Shown here: piece by piece, positions 30,176-45,200 of the stretch
Position numbering within the stretch: the stretch's first letter is position 1
Layout: every line of letters starts with the position of its first letter
DNA from: Acidobacteriota bacterium
Lineage (GTDB): Bacteria; Acidobacteriota; Thermoanaerobaculia; Multivoradales; JAHEKO01
Length of the DNA stretch: 64,000 nt
Direction of reading: 5' to 3'
Assembly: GCA_022561975.1 (NCBI GenBank)
Contig: JADFQD010000001.1
Coordinates: forward strand, 2,915-66,914
The notes under the pieces: model-generated
What the model was told of the DNA's origin: nothing
What the model saw: only the letters and a program-made list of their open reading frames with translations
Databases searched by the model: none
Translations under genes and position numbers: made by a program

Positions 30176-30250
30176 AGAAACCTCTGGCACTTCCTCTGGG
30201 CTGCACTTCCTCTGGGCTGGCACTTCCTCTGGCACTTCCTCTGGGCTGGC
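30176..30250. repeat. Tandem direct repeats of ~16-17 bp (cacttcctctgg[gctgg]) x4 downstream of agcS
   Basis: Directly visible: ggcacttcctctgggctg / cacttcctctgggctgg / cacttcctctgg / cacttcctctgggctgg. Non-coding, since the overlapping + ORF is antisense to agcS. Confidence 0.6.
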
Positions 30251-30261
30251 CCCCAACCGCG

Positions 30262-31635
30262 CTACGCCTTCGTCTCGTCCTCCTGCTCCCGGAAATACGC
30301 CATGGTGTCGCGAGCCAGAACGCCACTCAAAAACAGCAGTCCGATCAGGTTGGGCAGCGCCATCAGGCCGTTCATGACATCCGACACCGTCCACACGAAG
30401 TCCAGCTTCTGGACGGCACCGAAGTAGACTGCAACGACAAACACGAGGCGATACGGAAAGATCGCCCGCACGCCGAGCAAGAACTCGATGCTCTTCTCGC
30501 CATAATAACTCCAGCCCAGAATCGTCGAGAAGGCGAACATGGCCAGGCAGATCGTGACCACCCAGCCGCCCCATTCGCCGCCAAGACCGGTTGTGAAGGC
30601 CAGCTGAGTAAGTGGCGCGCCATTCAACCCTGAACTCCAGGCTCCGGTGACAATCAACGCAATACCGGTCATCGAGCAGACCACGATGGTGTCGATGAAC
30701 GTCTGGGTCATCGAAACCAGGGCCTGTCGGACCGGATGCCTGGTCTGAGCCGCGGCGGCCGCGATACCGGCCGAGCCCAGGCCTGACTCGTTCGAAAAAA
30801 TGCCTCGGGCAACGCCGAAACGGATCGCCTGAGCCATCGCCGCTCCGGCAAAACCGCCGGTGGCCGCGGTGCCGCTGAACGCGCTTTCGAAGATCAGCGC
30901 CAAGGCTCCTGGGATCTTGTCGATGTTCAGAATCAAGATCAGCCCCGCGGCCACCATGTAGGCGACGATCATGAAGGGCACGAAGAAGCCGGTGAAGCGA
31001 CCGATCGACTTGATCCCGCCCAGGATCACGGCGCCGGCGCAGATCGCGATCACCACGCCACTCACCCAGACCGGAATGCCAAACGAGTTGCGCAAGGAGT
31101 CCGCTACCGAGTGCGCTTGGACCATATTGCCGATTCCAAAGGCGGCGACCGACGCGAACACGGCGAAAAGGAACCCCAGAACCTTGCCCAGCGGCTTCCA
31201 GCTGATCGCGTTCGCGAGGTAGTACATCGGACCGCCGGCCTGCTCGCCATTTTCATCGGTCGTGCGGTACTTGACCGACAACATCGCCTCCGCGAACTTC
31301 GTCGCCATACCCACGAGGCCGGTCATCCACATCCAGAACAGGGCACCAGGACCTCCCAGGGCAATCGCGGTCGCAACGCCGACGATATTGCCGGTACCGA
31401 CCGTCGCCGCAAGAGCTGTCATCAGCGCCTGGAAGTGCGAGATGTCGCCTTCCGCGCCCGGCTCGGTGCGTACGATCAGCCCCAGGTAGAGCGAGTGCCA
31501 GAGCTTGGTGAACTGGATTCCGCGCAGGCGGATGGTCAAGTAAAGACCGGTCAACAACAACAGCGGAGGCAACAAATAGGGCCCCCACACAAAGTTGCTG
31601 GCCCGCTGAAGCCATTGCAAAAGCTGGTCGTGCAC
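30262..31635 (-). CDS. agcS: Sodium:alanine (amino acid) symporter, AGCS family
   Basis: [22 protein letters not shown] and PMYYL motifs typical of alanine/glycine:cation symporters. About 11 TM helices. Confidence 0.85.
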   Translation of the reverse strand: MHDQLLQWLQRASNFVWGPYLLPPLLLLTGLYLTIRLRGIQFTKLWHSLYLGLIVRTEPGAEGDISHFQALMTALAATVGTGNIVGVATAIALGGPGALFWMWMTGLVGMATKFAEAMLSVKYRTTDENGEQAGGPMYYLANAISWKPLGKVLGFLFAVFASVAAFGIGNMVQAHSVADSLRNSFGIPVWVSGVVIAICAGAVILGGIKSIGRFTGFFVPFMIVAYMVAAGLILILNIDKIPGALALIFESAFSGTAATGGFAGAAMAQAIRFGVARGIFSNESGLGSAGIAAAAAQTRHPVRQALVSMTQTFIDTIVVCSMTGIALIVTGAWSSGLNGAPLTQLAFTTGLGGEWGGWVVTICLAMFAFSTILGWSYYGEKSIEFLLGVRAIFPYRLVFVVAVYFGAVQKLDFVWTVSDVMNGLMALPNLIGLLFLSGVLARDTMAYFREQEDETKA

Positions 31636-31760
31636 GAAAACCCCCTCCGGGACAAGATGGTCGATCTGAGCGTGTGGGAGGTTAGCAGGTCGGAACCACG
31701 CTCGACCGCTACAGGGCAGAGTGGGTTGTAGCGGTCGACCCCCGTGTCGACCGAACTAAT

Positions 31761-34544
<2,784 letters not shown>

Positions 34545-34691
34545 CTTCGATTTCCCCTCAGAAGGTTACGTCCAAAAGATAGCAGACCACGGCAGCGCCG
34601 CCCGAGCTAAGCGGTAGAGTCCGAGATCGGACAGGAGAAAGACAACAACGATTTCGGAGCCCGCCCGGAACAGAAGAAGCAGGAGATCTGA

Positions 34692-35705
34692 ATGAGCGAA
34701 AAAATCTGGCACGTCGCCGTCAACGGCAAGCAGGAGGGACCCTACAGCATCGCGGAGGTGAGCGACAAGATCCAGGGCGGCGCCTTGGACCGCAAAGCCG
34801 TCGTCTTCGGACCCGGCATGATCGAATGGGCACCGATCACCGACCGCGCCGAGTTTTCGGACGCGTTCTCCGCGGCGCCCCCGCCCCCGCCGCCCGGCGG
34901 GGTGGGCCAAGCCCACGAGATCGACTACAAGATCTACGGCGAGGAGATGCAGTTCGTCGAGATCACCCTGGACCCAGGCGAGGCCTGCGTCGCCGAGGCC
35001 GGATCCTTCATGTACATGGACCCAGGCATCGAGATGGAAACCATCTTCGGAGACGGCTCGGCCAAGAGCGACGGCGGCGGCTTCATGGGCGCGCTCCTGG
35101 GCGCCGGCAAGCGCATTCTCACCGGCGAATCTCTGTTCATGACGCTGTTCGGCAACGGCGCGTCGACCCGCCAGGCGGTGGCCTTCGCGGCGCCCTATCC
35201 GGGCAGCATCGTGCCAATCGATTTGAAGGTGCATGGCACCATGCTGTGCCAGAAGGACGCCTTTTTGTGCGCCGCCAAGGGCATCTCGATAGGCATCGCC
35301 TTCCAGAAGCGTCTCGGCGTCGGGCTCTTCGGCGGCGAGGGCTTCATTCTGCAGAAGCTCGAAGGCGACGGTCTTGCCTTCGCCCACGCCGGCGGCACCG
35401 TGGTCAAGCGCGAGCTAGCGGCCGGTGAGACCCTACGCCTCGACACCGGTTGCCTGGTGGCTTTCGACGAGAGCGTCAAATACGACATCCAGACCGTATC
35501 GGGCATCAAGACCGCGCTCTTCGGTGGCGAGGGTCTCTTCTACGCCGCCCTGACCGGACCCGGAACGATCTGGATGCAGTCGCTACCGTTCAGCCGGCTG
35601 GCGAGCCGGATCTACGCCGCCGCGCCGCAAACCGGCGGCACCCGCAAGGGCGAGGGCTCGATTCTGGGCGGCCTCGGCGGCCTAGTGATGGGGGACCGGG
35701 GGTAG
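34692..35705 (+). CDS. AIM24-family protein with N-terminal DUF4339 (GYF-like) domain and poly-Pro linker
   Basis: [18 protein letters not shown] (DUF4339-like), then PPPPPPGG, then an AIM24/TIGR00266-like body ([13 protein letters not shown]..., [22 protein letters not shown]). Confidence 0.75.
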   Translation: MSEKIWHVAVNGKQEGPYSIAEVSDKIQGGALDRKAVVFGPGMIEWAPITDRAEFSDAFSAAPPPPPPGGVGQAHEIDYKIYGEEMQFVEITLDPGEACVAEAGSFMYMDPGIEMETIFGDGSAKSDGGGFMGALLGAGKRILTGESLFMTLFGNGASTRQAVAFAAPYPGSIVPIDLKVHGTMLCQKDAFLCAAKGISIGIAFQKRLGVGLFGGEGFILQKLEGDGLAFAHAGGTVVKRELAAGETLRLDTGCLVAFDESVKYDIQTVSGIKTALFGGEGLFYAALTGPGTIWMQSLPFSRLASRIYAAAPQTGGTRKGEGSILGGLGGLVMGDRG

Positions 35706-35918
35706 GGCAGCCGGCCAGCCCGGATTATTCACCAGGGTTCTGCTGCGGATGCGTAAGTTATTGAATCTACTGCGTTGCGCTCGGTGGCGACGCCCCGTCT
35801 CCGATCAACGTTCTTCAACAACCCACACCTCCTCGCTACGGATCCTGATGAATGGTCCGGGCTGGGGCATGGGGATTAGCACGGCGATTCACGAACGCCT
35901 TCGCACCCGATGGTGGGT

Positions 35919-36698
35919 CTATCTGTAGGCGGCGGAGCGCGGCCAGCCGACCCGGGGTAGCGCGCGCCTCGTGGCGGCTCGATGGGCGGCTACGAGCTTC
36001 GGATCGCGGAAGACAAACACCAGCACGACGCCGGCGAGAAAGCCGCCGACATGCGCCCAAAAGGCGACGCCGCCGGCCTCGCTGCCCAGCCTCGGGAGAC
36101 CCATCAAAACCTGCAATCCGAACCAGTATCCGAGCATGCCCCACGCCGGCACGTTGATCATCCGCACGAGGAACCCGAGAACCAGGAGCGTCTGCACGCG
36201 CACCTTCGGAAAGAGAACCGCGTAGGCACCCATCACGCCGCCGATCGCCCCAGAAGCCCCAACCATCGGGATGGCGCTATCCGGATTCGACAGCATCTGC
36301 GCCGCGCCGGCGGCGAAACCACACAGCAGGTAGAACAGCACAAAACGAAACCGACCCATCACGTCTTCGACGTTGTTGCCGAAAATCCACAGAAACCACA
36401 TGTTGCCGATCAAGTGCATCCAGCCGCCATGCATAAACATCGAACTCACCGCCGTCCACCAACTTCCCGAGGAGTCGATCGCACAGACAAACTCGGGGCC
36501 GAGCCGAACCGAGGAACCGGACGGAATCTGGCCCAGCACCTCACCGGGAATCAGCCCGAGGTTGCAGATCGACTCGACCAGAGCCGGCTCCGACCCCATG
36601 CCCTGAACCAGCACCCAAACCAGCACGTTGGCGCCCAGCACCATGAGCGTCGTCACCGCGCGCCGAAGGGTCGGGTTCTCGTCTCGAATCGGGATCAT
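35919..36698 (-). CDS. Rhomboid family intramembrane serine protease
   Basis: HGGWMHLIGNMWFLWIFG, catalytic GASGAIGGVMGAY, and His in HVGGFLAGVVL. Confidence 0.85.
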   Translation of the reverse strand: MIPIRDENPTLRRAVTTLMVLGANVLVWVLVQGMGSEPALVESICNLGLIPGEVLGQIPSGSSVRLGPEFVCAIDSSGSWWTAVSSMFMHGGWMHLIGNMWFLWIFGNNVEDVMGRFRFVLFYLLCGFAAGAAQMLSNPDSAIPMVGASGAIGGVMGAYAVLFPKVRVQTLLVLGFLVRMINVPAWGMLGYWFGLQVLMGLPRLGSEAGGVAFWAHVGGFLAGVVLVFVFRDPKLVAAHRAATRRALPRVGWPRSAAYR

Positions 36699-36704
36699 TG
36701 CGGA

Positions 36705-37349
36705 CTAATTGTCGGAGCCCAAGCGTTCTACGGCAGCCGTCAACTCCGCGACCTGCATTTCCAGCGCCGCGACCCGATCGACTAGACCCGCAGGGCTCCG
36801 GATTTCGCCCACGACAACCGGCGAAACAGCCTTCCCGGAATCGTCGCCGCCGGGCTCACCAGCCATCAGGTGCGTCCAGCGGTTCTCTTTCTGGCCCGGA
36901 CGCCTGGCCAGCTCGACCGCCAACTCCCGGCCCTCCGCCGTCAGACGCCGCAAGGCTCCCTCGACCTCCCCCAGGTTTGCGAAAGCGTGCAACCGAGTGC
37001 TTCGCGAACGCAGTTCGCCGGTGGTCTGTGAACCCCGAAGCATCAGGAGCGTCAAAACCGCTTTCTCTTCCGGGTCGAGTTCGAGCCGCCGGCTGATCGA
37101 CTGCCGCCAGCGCTCGGTTCGGGCTCCGTCGCTTCGCCAGACGAGGGTATCCTTGGCGAGCGAGTCGATCGCTTCGACGACTTCGGTCTCGGTGAGTTGC
37201 GTGACCGGATCTCGATTGCTCTTCTGGTTGCAAGCCGCAATGAGAGCGTTGACCGTCAAAGGGTAGTACTCAGGCGTCGCCTGCTCCTTTTCGAGCAGAG
37301 CGCCAAGAACGCGAACCTGGTGCGGGCTCAGATCGTCGATGATCTTCAT
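36705..37349 (-). CDS. yceH: YceH/DUF480 family protein
   Basis: LSPHQVRVLGALLEKEQATPEYYPLTVNALIAACNQKSNRDPV closely matches the UPF0502/YceH N-terminus. C-terminal coiled coil. Confidence 0.75.
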   Translation of the reverse strand: MKIIDDLSPHQVRVLGALLEKEQATPEYYPLTVNALIAACNQKSNRDPVTQLTETEVVEAIDSLAKDTLVWRSDGARTERWRQSISRRLELDPEEKAVLTLLMLRGSQTTGELRSRSTRLHAFANLGEVEGALRRLTAEGRELAVELARRPGQKENRWTHLMAGEPGGDDSGKAVSPVVVGEIRSPAGLVDRVAALEMQVAELTAAVERLGSDN

Positions 37350-37403
37350 CGCCCGCCTACCTTATCCCGCCCGCGAGCGAGGGACACGTTACGGTCCACT
37401 AAG

Positions 37404-38476
37404 ATGCGAGAGATGCCTGCCTCCGAGTGGATGATCTATGGTGCCACCGGCTACACCGGCGAGCTGGCGGCTCGCGAAGCGAAGCGCCGCGGCATGCGTC
37501 CGATTCTGGCCGGTCGGAACCCTGAGCGCGTCAAGACTCTCGGACAAGCACTCGAGCTGCCGGTTCGCATCGTCGGCCTGGACCACCCCGAGAGCCTTCG
37601 GACCGCGCTCGAAGCGGTTGATCTGGTCCTGCACTGCGCAGGACCTTTTGTCCGAACAAGCTCTGCGATGGTCGAGGCCTGTCTCGCAACCGCAACACAC
37701 TACCTCGATATTACCGGCGAAATAGCGGTCTTCGAGGCGATCCTGCCATTGGGTGGCAAGGCCAGAGCCGCCGGCATAGTGCTTTTGCCCGGCGTCGGTT
37801 TCGACGTCGTGCCGACGGACTGCCTGGCCGCAAGCCTGGCCGCGGCACTGCCGGATGCCACGCATCTCGAACTCGCCTTCGTTGCCAGCGGCGGCTCGGC
37901 CAGCCGCGGCACATTGAAGACCATGATCGAGGCAATGCCCGACGCCGGCGCGGTGCGCAAGAACGGCAAGATACTCCCGGTGCCGCTCGCCTATGACGCC
38001 AAAGAAATAGAGTTCTCCTGCGGTACGCGCTGGGCGATGACGATCCCCTGGGGAGACCTTTCGACCGCCTTCCACAGTACGGGCATTCCCAATATCCGGG
38101 TCTACACCGGCCAGTCGCCCGGTGCGATCCGCCGGGCGCGACGCCTCCGGGCGCTGCTACCCATCGCTGGGCTCCGGCCGGTGAAGCGCTTCCTCCAGTG
38201 GCTTATACAGCGTACGGTGACCGGCCCGGACGAAGCCGCTCGCGAGACCTCCCGAACCTTCGTGTGGGGACAAGTCGACAACGCCTCCGGTAGGCGCGTA
38301 ACTGGAACGCTCGAAACTCCGGAGGGCTATACCTTCACGGCACTCTCGTCGGTCGAATGCGCGCATCGGGTGCTCGCCGGACAGGTGAAGCCCGGCTCCT
38401 GGACGCCGTCCAAGGCCTTCGGGTCGGGCTTTGTCGGCGACCTCGCCGGTGTCTCCGTACAAGATCTGAGCTCGAG

Positions 38477-38483
<7 letters not shown>
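37404..38483 (+). CDS. Saccharopine dehydrogenase-like NAD(P)-binding oxidoreductase (start at internal Met)
   Basis: MIYGATGYTGELAAREA Rossmann motif. The upstream part of the track ORF overlaps yceH on the opposite strand. Confidence 0.75.
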
Positions 38484-39754
<1,271 letters not shown>

Positions 39755-39792
39755 ACCTCGGTCCGGAGAGGAGAAACCCCCGGTAGGATTCC

Positions 39793-41034
39793 ATGCGCCC
39801 CGCTGTCACCGGAGAAGAGGATCGCGCTACGCCCACCTCACCAAACGCCCAGCGCTGGCTGATGCTGGCTCTGCTGTCGGTGGCGGAGGTTCTGGGCATG
39901 TCGGCATGGTTTTCGGCGAGCTCGGTTTCCCCGCAACTCCAAGCGATGTGGGGCCTGGATCTCGCCCAGATCGGCTGGCTGGTGGGCAGCGTGCAGCTGG
40001 GTTTTGTCTTCGGCACGGCTGCTGCCGCTCTCTTCAACCTCGCCGATACAATTTCTTCGCGGTCATACTTCGCGACCTGTGCTATCGGCAGTGCTCTGGT
40101 CAACGCGGGACTGGTCATCGCCCCAGGATATGGACCGGCACTGGCCCTTCGGTTTCTTACCGGGGTTTTCCTCGCCGGGGTCTACCCGCCGGCGATGAAG
40201 ATGATCGCGACCTGGTTTCGAAAACAACGCGGTCTCGCGATCGGAACCGTGGTCGGAGCGCTGACCATCGGCAAAGCGACTCCCTATTTGATTCGAGCGC
40301 TGAATCCGAGCGACTTCAGGGTCGTGCTTCTGGCAACCTCGGCCGGCTCGCTGGTGGCGGCGCTTCTGGTCGCGATCTTGTTTCGTGAGGGGCCGTTTCC
40401 GTTCGAGCGCCGACCCTTCACCTGGGGCCTCATCGGAACGGTGTTTCGTCACCGACCGACCCGCTTGGCGACGGTCGGATACCTCGGACACATGTGGGAG
40501 CTCTACGCCATGTGGACTTGGATTCCGGTCTTTCTGGCGGCCTCCCTCGAAGCAAGCGCTCGGAATTCGTCCGGCTCCCTCTGGATCGGCAAGGACGCGC
40601 TGGCGTTCGGCGCGATTGCGGCCGGCGGGCTCGGGTGTGTCTGGGGCGGTTGGGCGGCGGATCGCAGCGGTCGCGAACGTCTGGTCAATCTGGCCATGGC
40701 CCTGAGCGGCCTGGCTTCGATCGGAATCGGGCTGACGTTCGGCGCCAGTCCGTGGCTCCTAGCTCTCGGAGCCTGGACTTGGGGGTTCTTCGTGGTCGCC
40801 GACTCGGCCCAATTCAGCACCCTGGTGACCGAGTTGGCACCGCAGCACGCCGTGGGCACGGCGCTTACCCTGCAAACTTCACTCGGGTTCCTCCTCACCA
40901 TGGTGACCATCCAGCTGGTTCCCCTCCTGGCCGACTTGGTGACTTGGCTATGGGCATTCGCGGTTCTCGCACTGGGACCGCTCGTCGGGATCTCGGCAAC
41001 CCGCAGACTGACGGCCCTGCGGGCCACCGGATAG
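39793..41034 (+). CDS. MFS transporter
   Basis: 12 TM-type hydrophobic profile, with MFS motif-A-like loops (GWAADRSGRER). Confidence 0.75.
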   Translation: MRPAVTGEEDRATPTSPNAQRWLMLALLSVAEVLGMSAWFSASSVSPQLQAMWGLDLAQIGWLVGSVQLGFVFGTAAAALFNLADTISSRSYFATCAIGSALVNAGLVIAPGYGPALALRFLTGVFLAGVYPPAMKMIATWFRKQRGLAIGTVVGALTIGKATPYLIRALNPSDFRVVLLATSAGSLVAALLVAILFREGPFPFERRPFTWGLIGTVFRHRPTRLATVGYLGHMWELYAMWTWIPVFLAASLEASARNSSGSLWIGKDALAFGAIAAGGLGCVWGGWAADRSGRERLVNLAMALSGLASIGIGLTFGASPWLLALGAWTWGFFVVADSAQFSTLVTELAPQHAVGTALTLQTSLGFLLTMVTIQLVPLLADLVTWLWAFAVLALGPLVGISATRRLTALRATG

Positions 41035-41146
41035 GTAGGTTCGCCAAGACCCTGGGCCGAGAGGAACCAATAGTAACCATATACGGACCCGTCAAGGTTC
41101 CGTAAGAGTGTCCATGTGTTTACCTGTTCACGATCTCCCTGCTGGG

Positions 41147-42268
41147 TCAAGACCCCGGCTGGAGGGCCAACACTTGCTCGGCTGCCAACAGGAAGGCTCC
41201 ACTTGCGTAGACCTCGGAGTGCCGCGCGGAGACTCTGCCGGGCTCAGCGCCCGGCTTTTGGACCCAACCCAGGCGGCCCTGATCGTTGACGTTTCGATAG
41301 AGCGCCGCCCAGGCCTCGATCACCGCTGGAAGAAAGTCCTTTCGGTCGAGAGCACCGTGATGAACTCCCCAGGCCAGTGCGAAGCAGAGAAGCGCCGAGC
41401 CGCTGCTCTCGCCTGGATCGGACGGGGCGTGGCCCAGAAGATTCGAGCGCCAGAGGCCGTCCTTGCCTTGCAGCTCCACGATCCGGCCCGAGAGGTCACG
41501 AAAGACGCGCTCGTAGAAATTTCTGCTCGGGCGTTCTTCAGGTAGCTGCTCCAAGAGACGGGCCAGACCCGCCAGCACCCAGCCGTTGCCCCGCGCCCAG
41601 AAGACCGGATCAGACTGTTCGCGAAATCTGAGATCACGATGAAAGAGTCGTTCCCTGTGATCGTAGAGAAGTTCGTATGCCTCTCGCCACAGCCGATCCA
41701 TGAAGTCGAGATATTTGCCGTCGCCGGTCACAGCGGCCAGCATCGCCAGAGCCGGAGGGGACATGAACAGCGCGTCACACCACCAGTAGTCGATCGCTTG
41801 ATGCGCTTTCGGCCAATTCGCCGGCTCGATCATCATCCGATCGATCGCCCTCCGAAACGGTCCGACCAGACGCGGGTCCTGATTCATCCTGAACAGCTCG
41901 AGATAGGTCTGAGCGATCGCGTGGTCGTCGGCGTGCCGGTACCGCACGCCCGGCCTCCAACCGGATCGTTCGCCGACGTCGGTTATCAGCTCGACATATT
42001 TCGAATCGCCGGTGACACGAGAGGCCGCCATGAGGCCGGCGTAGAAGACGGCGTTGGTCCAGTCGGTGGGATCGTAGTTCGGGTGGTCGAGCTGCCAGTC
42101 GGCAACCCTGGCGGCGACGGCCCGAATCTCCGTCGGGTCCAGGGCATCGACCCCGGCCGCCGATGGCCGTGACGACTCGGCTGCACAGACCCCGCCTCCG
42201 AACAGTGAGACCAGGAGCAGCCCGGCAACGGACCGTCTCATCCTGGGGGCTTGCTGAAAGACCCTCAT
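41147..42268 (-). CDS. Unsaturated glucuronyl/rhamnogalacturonyl hydrolase-like (GH88/GH105 family), secreted
   Basis: Signal peptide. DYWWCDALFMSPPALAML and FWARGNGWVLAGLARLL blocks are typical of the GH105/GH88 (alpha/alpha)6 barrel. Confidence 0.7.
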   Translation of the reverse strand: MRVFQQAPRMRRSVAGLLLVSLFGGGVCAAESSRPSAAGVDALDPTEIRAVAARVADWQLDHPNYDPTDWTNAVFYAGLMAASRVTGDSKYVELITDVGERSGWRPGVRYRHADDHAIAQTYLELFRMNQDPRLVGPFRRAIDRMMIEPANWPKAHQAIDYWWCDALFMSPPALAMLAAVTGDGKYLDFMDRLWREAYELLYDHRERLFHRDLRFREQSDPVFWARGNGWVLAGLARLLEQLPEERPSRNFYERVFRDLSGRIVELQGKDGLWRSNLLGHAPSDPGESSGSALLCFALAWGVHHGALDRKDFLPAVIEAWAALYRNVNDQGRLGWVQKPGAEPGRVSARHSEVYASGAFLLAAEQVLALQPGS

Positions 42269-42294
42269 AGGTCGCGCGACAAGGGAGGAGTTCT

Positions 42295-45200
42295 CTAGAG
42301 GCTCTCTTTGGTGGTCACCAGGTATTGGACGCTGTCGATCGAGCCCCCGGCGTCGAGCGGGAACGCGACATCCAGGTGGAACACGGTCTTTCCGCTCGAG
42401 CGAGTCGGACTCAATCGCAGACCGAACCCCACATCCATGAGCACCCCGAGGTCATCTTGGCCCCCGGCAGCCGTGAACCAAGCCCTGCCGGCATCAAAGA
42501 AGACCGCAGCTCCGAGAGTGGCCAGCTTGAACAGTTCCCGCTTCGAATAAAAGCGCTGTTCGAGAGTCAACAGTAGGCGACGATCACCGCTCTGAAAGCG
42601 AAGCGGATAGCCCCGTAGCCCACTGTCGCCTCCAATCAAGAGCTGCTGCTCCGGATCCAGGTTCTCGACCGCAGCCGCTTGCAGTTCAGCGAAGAAGAGG
42701 TGTCGACCGAAGTTTCTGCGATAGAGCCGAGCCGATCCGCTGAGCGCGGCGTTCGCGAAACCATCTCCGGACCACCGGGTGCCGGCGTTGCTGTCAACCA
42801 GCAGGAGACCTCCTTTACCCAGGGTAAGCCCGGTCGAGGCTTGCACTCCCACGAGGGCTTCGTCGCGGTCGGCGCCGAACCTCGGCGAGGACCAACCCGC
42901 CCTGGCCGAGATCACCGTACCGAGGTTGAGATCCTCTACCCTGGCGATTTTGTCGAGATCGGTTGCCTCGATAAAACGATCCTCGACCCAATCAAAGCCC
43001 AGCCAGGGATAGGAAAGCGTCCGGTCAGGTGGGAAGTCCGCGATCGGGGCTCGCCCCTCGAGCAGCGAGAAGCGGTCGCGTAGAAAGGTAAAGCCGAGGG
43101 TCCAACGTCGAGCCACTCCGTTCTGAAGCCCGCGCGAAAACCCCCAATCAAGTGTGAGTTGTTCTATCCGGTGACCGAACTCACTAACCGTCTTACCGCG
43201 CTCGAAAAGGGGGTCGATCCGTTCTTCCGTAAGCAAAGTGACGCCTTTGGATCGCTTGGTGTCAAGGGCGAAGAACGGGCGCCTCAACTTCAGAAGCCGG
43301 CGATGCCCGTCTGAGTTCTCCTGCAGAGAAATCTCCATCTGTCCGCGCGTACCGAAGAGATTGAAGTCCCGAAAATGAAACTCGGTTCTGGTGCGGTCGA
43401 CGTCGGACTCGCGACTCACGCCCAGTTCCGTGCCGGTCCCCAGAAAGTTCGTGTCCTCGAGGTGAAATCGTGTGTTGTTCTCGCCGCCACTGCGTGAGAG
43501 GGAGGCGCCGCCCGTCAAGGTCCATACGTCACGGGTTCTGACCACGACATCGACCTCCCCTCCATCGTCCTCGCTCTGACGCCGGTACGCTATCGCTCGG
43601 ATCTCGGCTTCGTACAGATAGCCTTGGCTGCGCAGCAAGCGCTCGGATTCTTCCAGCAGCCGGAGACAGTACGGGTCACCGCTCTTGAAGAGAAGCTCGT
43701 CTCGAATCACATTCTCGCCGGTCTTGCGACGGAACCGATTCACCAACCGAAAGAGCCTTCGGTTTTCGGTCGGATCGCCTTCATCGAAGACATTGCCGAC
43801 CTCGATCGAGATCACACCGATCCGCGCGCCGTTGGCCTCGAGAAACACGCTGTCGGGAACGGCAACTTCATCCACGCCCGCAGACTCCGAGGCGCCGGGC
43901 CCGGAACTCGGCTCCGGCTCCGTTGGCGCTCGTCTGAGGACGCGCAACCGGCTCGGTTCAGGGTACGGCCGTTTTCGCTTGCGGTCGCGATGACTCGGCA
44001 GAGTCTCCCAGCGCAGAAAGTACTCTCCGCGTCGGTCGAAAACAAGCTCACGAACCTCCATACCCGGAAACGGTGATTCAGGTTCTTTCAATGTGAGGAG
44101 ATCATCGGGCAGCGGCCGGACCTCGACCGGCGTCAAGGTGTCCTGGTCCAGAACCCAGACGCCCGCGCCTTCCTCGATATGCCGAAACTCCTGAACCAGC
44201 TCGCCGTCCTCGGTGACCGTCGGCGGCCGGACCACGATCTCTTCGCGGAGGGTTCCGGTTTTCGAGAGGTCCCAGCGGTAGCTCCAGTCACTGGACCGGA
44301 TCGGCTCCCACTCTCGGCCGGACCAACGAGCGTTGTAGGCTTGACTTATGCCGGCATCATCGTATTTCGAGTAGGTAACGATCGGGCGCTTGCGGGCATC
44401 CCAACCGACACCGAAGGCGATGCCGGCCAGTCCTTCACCCGCTCCGACCGGATCGACCAGGGCCTCGCGATCGTCGGGCCGAATCGGCAACTCGAGGCTC
44501 TCGCCGGAGGCGGTCTCCCAGTGCAGCAAGTCCCGGCTGCGAGCATAGGAGAGATCATGATTGGTCGCCCCGCTGGGGGTGTCGCGCCACATCCACACGA
44601 GATGGAACCGGCCATCAGGCCCCTTCGATGGTCCGACCGGATAGGCGCTCTCCTTGCCTCCGCCGTCTAGAAGCGGACCCGCGAGATGGCTGCGCCAACG
44701 CTTCGAGTCGATGTCGTAGAGGTTGAGTAACTGGGCGCCATCGCCGCTCTTGCCGTCACGGTACTGAAAGAACAGCTGCCCATCGTCTCCGTGAAGGAAC
44801 CGCGGATAGCTCACCTGCTTCTCGAGCCTACCGACCATGCCCGGCTGTTGGAACGCCGAGATATCGTGCGCCGCGATGGACCGAAAGTACACCAGAGGGT
44901 CACCATGCATATTGCCACTGATGTGAACGAAGCCGGCCGTGTCCACCGCCATCGCAATGTGGTTGTGGGAGTCCCAACCGACGACCGAAGGGAGACGCTG
45001 GAAGGTCCAATTCGAAGAGTCGAGCGAGCGCTGGGCGACCGTCATCCGACGCTCAGGATCATAGAAGGCTACGTACTGCCACCGCTCGGTGGTCTCGATC
45101 GCGAAGCCTACCGGATGCCCCGCCCAGGCCGGCGCTACATCGAGACTCTCAAAGCCCGCGCTGCGAATACCGCGAGTGCTGCCGGAGCCCGCCGCGCCCT

